64,000 bases of DNA, from NCBI GenBank assembly GCA_028023455.1, contig JAQFVV010000001.1, forward strand, positions 62,001 to 126,000, in the 5' to 3' direction. Of this stretch, positions 10,422 to 23,100 are shown piece after piece. The position numbers and the translations under genes are program-made. This DNA is from Epiperipatus broadwayi. Its lineage: Eukaryota; Animalia; Onychophora. Position 1 is the stretch's first letter; every line of letters begins with the position of its first letter. The notes under the pieces are model-generated. The model worked only from the letters and a program-made list of their open reading frames with translations, was not told the DNA's origin and made no database searches.

Positions 10422-12561
10422 TAGGAAATGGTTTCCAAAATAGAGATTTTTAAACGCTTTGTTTAACTGGCATTTATCAATAAAGCTTATTAGAGTCGAT
10501 TAGCAGACCTCTTTATTTTTTATTTGCAAGCTTAAAAATTGAGTCATGTGATATATGACTTAGTTTTTTTTTATTTATTAATTTAGTAGTAATCAGTTAC
10601 ATCCTAGATAGAGTTGTGGTTTGCTTAGCTATAGTTATGAATTATAAGTTTCTATACGTGTAATACGTACATCTTAGAAACTAGCCACAGGGATATTATT
10701 AAAGCATATTTATGTTTTAGCAGTAATTGCCCATCGGATATGCTTATTCCTACCTAGATTTGTATGTATATTAGAGATGCAGGTTTGGTATATTAAGATG
10801 GGTTACTAGTTTATTTAGTCCCTAAGCATAGTATGTTTGAGATACTAGTCTTAAGAGGTGGGTTATATAGATATGCAATTTTAAGGCACATTAATTTAGT
10901 TAAATGTATTCTTGTTTAATATATGTATAGGTTGTGACTGTGTCCTTACAAAGTACATATAATACATTAATTGCTTGCTGCATGTTTTTTTATGACTGCT
11001 GGCAGAGGTCATGCTCATACTTCTACTTTGGGTAAAGCAATATATTTTAGAACTGGAACACAAGGGTCCAGATTATTATTAATCGCTTATCCAGTTCCCT
11101 AAACTTTTATTGTTCTTATATTCATAGCAAGTCATTCGGTCCTAGGGCACTGAACATTCGATGCTGAAGGCCATGAATAATGACTCACTCACACCCTAAT
11201 TATCTTATTAATATATTAATATGTGCCATAGCATGTGTGAGTAGATCTAGGATAAACCAGTCTCTCTCCTTTATATTAAATGATTATTCAGCATTAGGCT
11301 GAACTCTAATCTAGATTATCATGCTAACTTGTGTATCTTTGAGCCTGATTACGTGCTCAACTTTTAAAACTTTTATATATAGACAGGCACCATAGAAAGG
11401 GTGTACTTTTAGTTATAACTTTGGCTAATATGTTTCATGTGATTTGGCAAACTACAAATTAGCTAGGATTTGGCATATTAAATATAGACCTAACTTTAAC
11501 CACTGCAGATTGTTGTGTAGAATACATGAAATGAGATAATATGTAACTAACTGCTAATCTCATTAACTAAACAATGCCTGTGAGTGTAATAGTCCACATA
11601 CTGATTATATAATTATTGTGTGTTTTATTTATGATTTATTATATTTTATTAATTAAATTATTATTTAAAATATAAACTCCTTTCCATTCTTTATTGCTCG
11701 TAGACCAATTCACATCCAATTTCCACTGGTATATCCATCATTTTATTTGTGTAGGTTAATCTATTAAACTTAGTTATTGGTAAATATATTAGAGGTTTAT
11801 TTAATCCTTATGTCAACTCTCTAGTCTCTTGCTTCACCCTATGTTACTGCTGGCCTGTGATTAAATTGAAATTCATGTGTAATTTAAGAAATGTCATTCA
11901 CAGGATATTAAATCATGGAGTAAGTCGAACATTGGTTGAAATCTGGATCTGACCATCTAGATTCGGTTAGCTTTAGTGCATTTTCCTATACTCTGGATTT
12001 TATTGTGTGGATGTACAAATCTTACCATTACACTATTAATATGTTCAATCTAGTTTTGTTTCAGTCTTTCAATTTTTTTGATGTTATTTGTTCTTTCGAC
12101 ATGTGTCATTTTTAATTCCTCTTATTATTTCCAACATATCTCTTTCCATACTTCGCTGTGGGATCAGGAGTCTTTGTATTATTTTTCTATTAAGTGTCCA
12201 AATTTTAAATCCATATATAAAAACTAGTAGAATATATCTATTAAAAAATTTTAAAAACAAAGGCACATTTCCTTTTAATATTAGATTATTTGTACCAAAA
12301 GCACTCAATATAACTAATTTGAAGATTCGTTTAATCCATTATGTTTCTGTCATAATAATAATCTGACCAAAATATTTTTAGATGTTAATTCTGCCAATCT
12401 TTATTTTCATCTATAAAACTATTAAATATTACTTTACACTTTCAGCATGTGTCTTTAAGCCTACTTTTTTATTTTCTGGAATCTTTGAAGTATTATTTGC
12501 AAAAACAATCTCAACTGCAAGTCTAAACATTTTAAATATTTTCCATTTATATTTTAGTCTA

Positions 12562-13664
12562 GTTGAAACCACTTGAGGGTGTAATTTCTATGCAAATGCA
12601 CAGAAATATGCCGTTTAAGTGGCCATGCTGCTATATAATATTCTATTCCAATGGTTAAGCATAGAAATAGCCCATTTATTTGTCTGCGGCACCTATTTCT
12701 ATGGTACAGCACAGAAATAGGATGTTTATTCTGCTGCAGAAGGACACCGTCTTTTACGGTGAACTTTGTGTTACAGAGGTATCTATTTGTATGCTACAGC
12801 ACAGAAATAGGATGTATTATTCTGCTGCAGTTTATATGAACAATCCCATTATTATCATTTAACGGTAGATGTATTTACACCAGAAGTAGGATTTTATTAT
12901 CTGCCATTGCTGCTTATGGTAAACTTTGTGTTATGCAGTTTATACAAACAATCCCATTTTAAATTTCACTACAGTATTTTGTGAGGGTGTCTGTAATTGA
13001 GACTGTCAAAAGTCTTCAAATTCGCATGTCCAAGTTATTATTTTCCAAATCCAATGATGTAGTATGAGGTAATAAAAATTGTGGAAACTTTGCCCCACTT
13101 CTCTAGACAAGGGTGACACTAATCAATTGTCAAAGGGGAGGTGTAAGCGTGATTTTTTCGAAATCATGCTAAAATTCACGTTTGCGTGAGATAAATCGCG
13201 AGACAAATCGAAAATACCAGTTTTATTTTTGCCCACGATGTTGTTTTGAATCAATTCTTTCTTTTTATTCTTGTTAAAATTACAAATTATATTTGCATGG
13301 CCATGATGTTATTTTGGGGAAAATTATTTCTTTTTATTTTTGTTAAAATTAACAATTTTATTTGTGAGGCCATGATGTTCTTTTGGAGAAATTATTTCTT
13401 TTTCTTCATGTTAAAATTTGATTTGCGTCATTGTTTTAATTTGTTTTTATTCTTGTTAAAATTACAAATTTCATTTTAGAAAAATAAAAATAAAAAAAGG
13501 TTTATCCAATGTATTTTTTATTTCTTTTAGATAAATTTCATTATTTATGATTTTATTGTAAATCAAAAAAAGCACTTTAAAGTTGAAAAAAAAAAGAACA
13601 ATGGCCCGGTAACATTATAATTCTGTTTGTTTACACAAAAATTACACCCTCAAGCGGTTTCAAC
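12562..13664. mobile_element. Non-autonomous DNA transposon with 26-bp TIRs and internal minisatellites (superfamily unassigned)
   Basis: GTTGAAACCACTTGAGGGTGTAATTT (12562-12587) and AAATTACACCCTCAAGCGGTTTCAAC (13639-13664) differ by one mismatch. Internal tandem units of about 91 bp (12700-12960) and 60-70 bp (13250-13480). TSD not resolved. Confidence 0.8.
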
Positions 13665-13995
13665 ATGCTAAGAGAAAACAACCAAAGCTTTTTATAAAAA
13701 GTTTTGTAAATATAGAATCACTCTGTCATATATCCTTGTCAGTGTTAATCATAGTGTCATGATGTAATATTCTGAGTCTATTGAGTCTCTTTTGATGATT
13801 CAAAGCCTTAACAATTACCATAAAAATGCTTATAAAATCAAATACTTTTTTATAATCTATAAATCAAAAACATAATGGCAACTTATACTCATTGGATTTT
13901 TTTTATAACTTTTCTTAATGCCTGAATGTAATCCATTGTGCAAAAACCAGTTTATTATTTTTGTTTGTTTAAATTCAAGTTTGCTGTATGTAAGT

Positions 13996-14383
13996 CAGGG
14001 GTCCCCAACCCTATGCCCGTGGGCGCCATGGTGCCCGCAGACCATTTTACATGTGCCCGCCGCTATCCAAACATGATAAAAATTATTTATTTGATAGAAA
14101 TAAATTTAATTTTTAAAATTTCTTATAAATTATTGTATTATATTGTAATCAAATTGTAGGGCATACTAGCGTAAAACTATAAACATTAATTAGATGTTAA
14201 CATTTTATTTTTGAAATAAATATTTTTTTGTACATTATGTGTATTATTAACAATATCCAACTATAAATTTAGATTGAAAAAATAAATGTTGCCCGCCATC
14301 TGGTTGAAAAAAATAAATTGTGCCCGCCACCTGGCTGATATTATAGAATGTGCTCTTAAGTGCAAAAAGGTTGGGGAGCCCTG
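13996..14383. mobile_element. hAT (Charlie/Buster-like) MITE, 388 bp
   Basis: TIRs CAGGGGTCCCCAACC / GGTTGGGGAGCCCTG. Perfect 8-bp TSD ATGTAAGT (13988-13995, 14384-14391). Four subterminal TGCCCGC motifs. Confidence 0.92.
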
Positions 14384-14539
14384 ATGTAAGTTAGCATTAT
14401 CTTAGTAAAAATCTTGTATAAAAGTGATAAAAGACTGATAGATCTGTGATTTCTTATATATATTTTTTCAGCTTTCTTAAATATCAATATCATTTCTGCA
14501 GTCTTCCAGTTATCTGGCACATATTTATCATTTAAATAT

Positions 14540-15250
14540 TTTGTAATTAAAAAAAAAATTTTTTTTTCTTGTATTCACTATGAGCCGATCATAAAAATAA
14601 TATTGATACTTATAATAAAGACTTATCAATACTCAGACACAACTTATAATAAGCTGATTAACACAAGAAGTTTTATGCAAAAATAAATCAACCAAAACTT
14701 TGGATAAGTCTCCCCCATATTTCCTGTGAATCATGAAGATTGAAAAAAATATTGCTAACACATATAATGTTAGCCTTAGAATCTTCCCAACTCTAAATAG
14801 ATTAATGAATAACATGGATGATAAGATACCTCCAAAGCAAACCCCACAACAATTGGATGCAGAAATTTCTTCTACTTGTGCAATGTATTATGGGGAATCA
14901 TGGAGAAATATTTCTAGGAGAGTGGCATGCCATAAATATCTATATTGCCATGTGAAAAAGAACTCCAAATACAAAACAGTATTTTTAGAATATGAGTGAG
15001 AATGTGGGCACACTGGACCCAACGAGAGGAAAAGTTTTCTGAGTGGGATGATAGTATAAATTACTAGCAACTGCCATGCTATAAGCAGAAAAGAATTCTG
15101 TGTTTTTTGTCAGAGAAATTGAATATGTAAATACGGCATTTACATAATGTGCACCTTATTTAAATCTGGTATTGCTTTCTGCGGCAAACGCTATGATTCT
15201 GATCATTAACATTGAAAGCATGTGCAGCAAATTATAAAAATAATAAAAAT
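14540..15250 (+). mobile_element. Penelope-like element remnant (linker plus GIY-YIG endonuclease)
   Basis: ORF 14733-14999 contains NIANTYNVSLRIFPTLNRL...DKIP (PLE linker-like) and CAMYYGESWRNISRRVACHK (YIGETxRxLxxRxxEH-like). An eroded CTGATCA...GAAAGCATGT motif lies at 15199-15223. Confidence 0.55.
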
Positions 15251-18200
15251 TGCATCATCTTTTCTTGATTGAACATTCAAAAAGTTTATATATATATATT
15301 ACATTTAAATATTTTGTATATTGTTTTCCAATATTTTCTCTATTTCATCTGTTGTATGTTGTTTTTTAATTTCAATAATAATCCTGTCATTTTCTGCAGC
15401 TTTCTTTTTTTCATAAATTTCATCTTTATTCAAAATGCTTGGAAATTTAGAAAATGTAGTAATTGTAGGCATTAATTAATTTGTATTTTTATTTTTTTTT
15501 CCTTATATAATTCTTTAAAGAACTTCTACACATTTATTGATGTCATATTTTTTTTAGTTATAATATGCCATCTTTTTATTATTATTGAAAACAACTTTTC
15601 TTCTAAAATAGTGTTTTATACTTTTGAGACTTGTATTTATTTATTTAAAGCTTTCATTGATAATTTGTAGTTATATTTTTTATATCATCATTAATCTTTT
15701 TCATACTATTTTATAATATTCCAAATATTCACTTCTTTGTAATAGATCATTTTTACATATTTTATACTCCTTTAATCTTTATACTCTGTATTAGCTCAGT
15801 ACTCAGAATTGCTGCTTTTTTGTACCAGCTATCTATGTAGTAGTTCTTAATAACATATTTTTATCTTATTCAAGTACAAACCATTTTCAGAGTCTGTTTT
15901 TATTTCAAAACAATTTGCAAGTTTTAATTTAAATTCATTGAGTGATTCTGAAGGTTAGGAATATGTATTGTTAGTATTGTTTTTTTTTCTTAATTTTGAT
16001 CTCTAGTTTGCATTAACACATATCTTGCATCTCATTAATTGATGATCATTTTCTATGTTAAGTTTATTAAGTACATTACAAATTTGAAACATTCTTTGTT
16101 TGCTAAAATATAATCTATATTGTAATTGCTATGTACATTTTCATTTAGCGTTTTTCTCAAAGAAGGAATTCATAATATACAAGGATTTTTTTTTTTTTTT
16201 TGGTAAATTCCAGAAGTCTCTATCATCTTTTATTCTGTCTACATAAGCAAAGTACTCACAACGCTTTCATCTTTCAATTATTTTCAAATTTTAACTTTCA
16301 AGTTTTCTATGACAAATTTAAAACTTGTTGAAGTATTGACCTGAATTATAAGTAATTTTCAGTAAGTTGAACGATTAATCTTGCCATCCCTGTATGATAT
16401 ACAATTAATCTCCACAATGTTATCTTTCCATTTTTTTAATTATGAATCCCATTCCACTTGTGCTTCTAATAAAGTATGTCTTACTTTTCAAATCAGTTAT
16501 CTCTTCACTAATTTCATAAAGTCCAACAATGTGGAGATTAATTGTATATCATACAGAGATGGCAAGATTAATCATTCAACTTAATGAAAATTACTTATAA
16601 TTCAGGTCAATATTTCTTTACTTGAAAGTGATCTGCAACTGTAGATAGCTAAATAAAAGATCACTAAATAGTAACCGCAATCAGATTTTTACCACCAATT
16701 TCTATTGCCTTTGTTGATAACTTTAAAAGTCTTCTGAGAATGAAGATCACAATTTAATTTTATCCATCATAATTGTAAATGTAAAAAATTCTCATTTTGC
16801 CCTTCAAAAAAAAATCCAATCAATATTTCTTGATTTTAGACTCTGAGGCAAAAAGCAATAAATTCTTAGGGCTGACTGATGAATGTTGGTGAGCAGACTA
16901 TTCATGTTTGTTTACCATATATAATCATCAACATCAAGATATGAAATAGATCTTAGGAATTTGCCCTGTTCGGGATTTTTAATACCTCAGAATCAAAGGT
17001 TCTCCTTGCAGTTAATAACAGCCCGCCCTACTTAATTCATTATTTTGATTTCTTTCTAAAAACATAACAATAAAAAACTTTAATACAAACTTTTAAAAAG
17101 TCTTACTGTTGTTGAGCTTTAAAAAGGATTAATTGCAAAATCCAACTGAATAGTTGGGGGAGGGGGGGTAGATAATTAACTAAACAGGCCTAAATTTTAA
17201 ATAAAAAAGCAAAAGTGGATAGCTATTTATGATGATTCTGCATTTATATAAAAAATATTTAGTATTTATATTTTTAAAAATGGGGGGGGGGGTGGCATTT
17301 ACCTCAAACTAATAACAGTCAAAATTTCATGAAATGAAATAATTTGAGCAAAGAAAGATTTTTTTTTTGTCCTCTGCAAAATTAATTTAATAAAGTTAAT
17401 TTTTATTTTATAAAAACTGCTAGTTTTTTTTATAAATGAAAATAAAATGCATGTATGTTATTTAAATAATATTTATTTATTATTAAAAAATATAGTAATT
17501 TTAGAAATTTGTACAGATATATACATATTTTGTATTAATATATATTGTCAGAAATACCCATAATATTCTATTAATTTATTCCTTCTCAAAATCTCAGAGG
17601 GATTCTAAAAGATAAAAATGTTGTTTTCTTTGCTTAATGTCAAAATAAGTACTATAAGATTTTATATATAGAAAACATAAACTTGAATAAAATAAACTTT
17701 TTATTTGTGCATAATTAAGTAATAAAATATAAAATAGATGTTATATTAATATTTAGCCTGTAAATAATATGTGCAATAATACTTAGGGAATGGAATAAAG
17801 AGCTAATATTATCTATTCATATAAAAAGTATATATCATTTTTTCTTTAATGTGACTAAGTAATATTTACTAAGGCTATAACCTCAAGAATGTGTGCGTAA
17901 AAATGCGATAATAGGGACCTCTACAAGTCTTAACCACAAGCTTACATTTTAGAAGAAAAGAGGGAAACATAAAATATTACATCATGCACTGCTTGCATAG
18001 CTGTTATAAATATTTAAGAAGCTTTTATCAAGGATCTTGAGATATGGAGTTTTGGGGGGGGGGGGGGAATGCAAAAATAAACTCTCTTTTTTTTAAATAT
18101 AACAGACAACTTATCTTCATATTGAGAGATATCTAATGTTAAAATTTTTATTAAATTTTTACAAACTATATATAATATAATGTTGGATGTTTTTTTTTTT

Positions 18201-19974
18201 TTAATAATTTATTGAGAATTTTGTTTATTGGTATCTTGTCATTTTAGTAAACTATCAAGCAATGGATTTTTATTAATGTTATTCTTTAGAATACTCATTA
18301 CTATTTTATTACTTTACTACTGATATAAAATAAGTATATATTCGTAATATTTTTTTATTCTTTTTAAAAATGTATTAATATTGGAAATACATATCCAATA
18401 CTGCAGATATTTAAATTAATTATTATTTACTATTTAAGTTCATAGCAGAATATGGGTGTTTCAAAACATTGAATTTATGATGAGAAAAATAAGAAATATA
18501 TTGCTGAATTATTATTTAATATTCACTAATCCAGAAAAAAATATTAACATAGAGGAACTATGGAACTAAGAATAACAAGTTAGCCATATTGTTAGATCCT
18601 TATGTTAAAGTGATTTAGTCTCTTCAAAATTATGTTTCTGTAATTTTTAAAGATGTAGATATGAAAACATCAGGCCTTAGAATAAATGACAATTTTCTAA
18701 TTTATATTTGTAGATAATGTTATTTTTACAACAACTGGTGACTTACGTTCAAGAATTTGTGAACCATATATTAAAATCTTTTTTTTTAGCATGATACGAT
18801 CTACTAATTCCAAAAAATATTACAAGTTCTACTATTTTGTTTTCAAACTTTGTTTTTTACTATTAATCTGTGTTGACATATAATTTTTTATTAGAATATT
18901 ATTTTGCTGTTTTTATTAAGAGCTTTTTTTTTTCATCTTTTATTTACAAAAATATTTGAAATTAATATATGAAAATATTTTTATCTATTGGAATATATAT
19001 AACTAGTTTGAAGAAAGATTTAAACATAGATTTTAATAGAATAATGCTTAAAAAATATGTATTGCCTAAGAAACATTAAAATTGAGTAATAGATAATACA
19101 AATCTTTAGAGTCATTTGTTAAAGTTGAAAAACTGAATAATATATTTTTAATTATATATACATATTCTTATGCTTAGAAATAAAATCTTTTACTGTGAAT
19201 GTTTTACCTCAATTGACAAATGTGAACTAAGAATTTTAAAAAATAATGGATTGTGGAACAAAATATTGGGATAAAAGGAAGTGATAAGAAAAGAAAGGAG
19301 TGAATTTAAGTCAAGGTTAATTTTATAAGATTAATGTTATTGTAAAAAATGGAGATGGAATGAATACATAATAAGTTCATATTAAAGAAATTCTCATCAT
19401 TTGAATACTAAAAGATGATTATCCTCAGAAAGATCTACTTTGAAATGGGATGCTGAAATAATGAAGTTGGTTGTATTGTTATGAAGAAGTGTTTTGATGT
19501 AGACATTTGTGAATAAGTATTGGAAAATATTTTCTATAGTGATAATGATAAATCTGGATGGATTGCCATCATCATAATTATAAACAAATTAATTTGTAAG
19601 TTATTCATAATTTAATTTGCATATATATGTATATTGCAATTAACAGTGTAGAAATATAGTAATAATATTTAAAACAATGATCTGCAAATGCAGTAATAGA
19701 GAGTCAGATGCTAGAACATAAGGTTCTTGGATCAACTTCAGTTTAGGTATTTCTGAAACTTAAACTTTTTATGAATTCCTAAGCACTAAAATATTTGATT
19801 TATATATATTAAATCAACAATATTATTGACTAATTTAAATGAAAAAATAAATCCTAGAAAGCAATTTTATTATTAAATTGTCAATTTGTTTTATAGTTTA
19901 ATAATTTTTTTAGTTATTTGTGCATGTAAAACCAGGATTTTCTGTTTCTTATTTTATCGCTTATATTCTTTTAG

Positions 19975-20131
19975 CTTGGAATGCCATCAATTCATCTCAT
20001 GGATCATCTTTGGATGCCATTGTGGCAGGTTGTTCTGCAGCTGAAGCTGATCAATCAATGGGTACAGTTGGATTTGGTGGCAGCCCTAATGAGAAAGGAG
20101 AAACTACATTAGATGCTATGATTATGAATGG
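19975..20131 (+). CDS. AGA: Glycosylasparaginase (N4-(beta-N-acetylglucosaminyl)-L-asparaginase), exon equivalent to human exon 2
   Basis: ttttag acceptor and gtaag donor. 157 nt (phase 1 in, phase 2 out) encoding [53 protein letters not shown], which matches the AGA motif [22 protein letters not shown]. Confidence 0.95.
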
Positions 20132-23100
20132 GTAAGATTTAAGCATAATTGCTATTAAGAGTTGTAATAATTAATTGTTAAAGACATTTTGTTTAATATT
20201 TTCTAAAGTTCATACTTTTATAAAAGACTAATCATATTCAGTCTAATTTAACTTTATTGCCTTAAGTCTCAAAACTTTTTTTAAAAAAAGAAAACTTAGA
20301 GTAATAGATAATATGAAAACTTAACAATCTAATTAATACTATGTATTTTAGAATGCAGCATTTAGAAAATCTGTCTAAAATTTAAAGTAACATTGATGTA
20401 AAATGAGAAACCTCAAAATAATTTATTTAATGACATTCTTAAGAAATGAATGGCACAACTGAAGTTTAAAAAGATCTAATTTGGTTCCCATTAAGTACCA
20501 CTTTTATTATCTGAACAAAATTACGAAGATGAATTTTAAATTTTCATATCATGAACCTTTATTATCTTAGTATTTGCTTACATATTTTTTAATTTACTCT
20601 TAAATATGCATGTTACGGAATAAATAAATATGATTTGATATGTGTAAATTAATCAGCCTAATTGCTAGGAATGATGTTTTAATTTGTTCATCTTAATATT
20701 AACTATTCTTAAGTCATCAATGTATTTTTTTTAGAAAATGGAAACTTAATGATTTTATAAAAAGGCTTATTGTAATTGGTTTTGACAGATTAAGATAATT
20801 AGCAAATTTTGTATAATTTTAGAGAAAAAAATAGAAAAGAACAAAAAATCATTAAATATGTGGACTGGTGTTAAAAGAAAATGGAAAAAATTAATCACAA
20901 ATATTTATGATTACTATGATAAAAATATTTAATAAATTATTAAAGATATGTTACTGCTATTGCTTGCTTATAAAGCAGATGAAAAAAGATTACCCAGTAA
21001 CGGTTTTTTTAATACAATATACATATTCTGAATCAATTAAAAAATATTCATGTATTTTAAACAGTTTTAAAATCAATTTGATAAATATAATGTATTTTTT
21101 TAAATAACTGTAGATATTAACAAATAAGTTTTATTTTAATTTTCAATTATTTTAAAAACATGAGAGGTTAAAAAATTATTATTGAATTATCACTTAATAT
21201 TTACTTAATCAAGAAAAATCATTGGTGAAAATTATGGAACCAAAAATGCCAGATTAATGGTTTTGCACTTGCATTGTAGGAAATCTATTATAGCCAATTA
21301 TATTAATAAACTTTACAGAGCAGTCATTTTTATAATAATATTGGTAATTGTACATCTGGGTCATCCATTTTTAGTTATTAATTAAAACTTTAATCACTAT
21401 TTGCAATCGAATCATAATAATGTCATAACTGTTTTGTTTTAGCTTTGAATTCCAAATCATCATCGATGAAGACAAAACTAGAAATGGGGATTAATCAATT
21501 GCACTAATGTCCAGTAACCACTGATTATTCAGGCTTTTAATAAAAGGTTTGGGAATAACAGAGGAAGATATCTCTTGTATATACTATAGTAAATTGAAAT
21601 GAAGATATTTTTAAGTAAATAAAACAAAAATGAAAATAATTCTTCTTCAGCACTCCCACACTAAATTATAAAAAAAATAATTATTTTATATAAAAAGAAT
21701 TTCATAATGATGTAAAAAATGTACATATTAATAAACAAAAAATAATAATTAAGTAGTTATAATTAACTTTATATTATAAATAACAAATTAAATGTTTAAA
21801 TTCAGCTATAAAATGAATAATTAAAGTTATATTGAGAAAATCATTAAAATATTATATATAATGCAGATTTGTGATGGGGGTTATCAATATGCATATAATA
21901 ATCTAATCTGTGAAGATAAAAACTCAGATTAAAGTAAAACATTTTGCTAGATAATACATCACTTGTTATTAAATGAATTCCTTCTACCAGGTTTGTTTAG
22001 AAAATGTCTGGAAAAGAGTTTTAAGATAACAAAGATAGTCATATAACTGCTGAAGAATGAATAATTCAACATATATGAATTTAAAATTTGGCCAAAGATT
22101 TTCAGGATGGGAAAAGATAAATCTGTATCAGAGATCTTGATGATATGAAACAGTTGATACAAACAATATTTACCTAAATAATTGAGCAGTGCTGAAAGTC
22201 CAGATTAGCTATTCCTAGGTCGATTCCAACTTGATCATTTAAGTAGAAAAATTGTGTTTGTCCTTTCACTTTAATAAATATCACATGGCCTCTTGAGCAA
22301 TTAAACTATGTATAAATAAATTATACAAATATTTTTAATAATATTTATATGTGCAAGTAATATTTTTGAATGCTAAAATTAATTTCACAATCTTAGAAGC
22401 TTTATAGGTAATTCTACAATTTAATCTCAAACTGTGATTAGAGTTACCTTTGCTATAAGTTAAAAAAATATATATATTATATTCATTTTTAGTTTACTTG
22501 CTGCAGGTTTATTTTTAATCTTCTGAGAACTAATATTTGATGTTAGCAAAGTTTAAATACACAGTCCATAAAGATGTTCATCATTATACTGCAGAAGCCA
22601 AAAATTATATTCTTCCATATAATTTTTTTTATTATTATTTCATAGACCATATTATATATTAAAACTCATGGTAGGACTTCTCAGTTTATTTGAATTTTAT
22701 TGATGAGTCTTGTTAATGAGTCTATGGATATAACTTTTATTAATATGGATTTTTTTCAGAAATACTTCATCTCTCCACAATACTTAACAAGAAAATATAA
22801 ATTGTATAGATTTTCTATTGTAGACAACTATTACATGACCTTATATATCTTAACAATTGTTAAAGTGTGAAGAAATAACTTTTGTTGTTTCATCTTGATT
22901 AGATTATTCACAAACATCTCAATATTTTTTTCATTAAATTGTAATAAATCTAATTATTTATTAACAGTGTGTTTAATATTTAAAAATATGATAATTGCAT
23001 ATGCCTTCAAGATAGATTTTAAAAGAACTAATTTGCATTTTTAACTCATTTTTTTCATTTTGTAATCCTTTATCTATAGAAATAATCATATATATCAGGA

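Larger units (their letters stand above)
9218..10558. repeat. Family C hammerhead repeat: 1.3-kb imperfect palindrome of tandem 406-413 nt monomers with five HHR motifs
   Basis: Minus motifs at 9316-9359 and 9729-9772 (413 nt apart). Plus motifs with cut sites after 9930, 10009 and 10415 (79 and 406 nt apart). Symmetry centre about 9813. Confidence 0.92.
12040..16520 (-). mobile_element. Decayed RTE-clade LINE (APE to RT to 3' region) split by three younger insertions
   Basis: Minus-strand pieces: APE-like 16330-16520 (ISYRDGKI..., IIQV), linker 15290-16330, VPDNWKTA...RNYRPISLL-like 14400-14530, RT (CTMDYIQAL...FIDYKKVFD) 13665-13990, and ...QRSMERDML 12040-12560. The RT sequence continues across the 12562-13664 insert. 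Confidence 0.8.

Noticed and set aside
12690-13480. Regularly repeated units as a possible CRISPR-like array
   Set aside because: The units are degenerate tandem minisatellites without unique spacers, inside a eukaryotic TIR element, and there are no cas genes.
16330-16616. Apparent MITE with TIRs of about 95 bp
   Set aside because: Both the arms and the spacer translate as RTE endonuclease (VEINCISYRDGKI..., GMGFIIKKWKD), so this is an inverted duplication at the 5' end of the LINE and not a DNA transposon.
17155-18070. Several isolated poly-G tracts as possible G-quadruplexes
   Set aside because: They are single homopolymer runs far apart, common in such genomes and error-prone in assemblies.
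18791-18883. Short hydrophobic ORF (MIRSTNSKKYYKFYYFVFKLCFLLLICVDI) as a possible AGA exon 1
   Set aside because: It ends in a stop codon, lacks the NTW motif, and has no suitable phase-1 donor.
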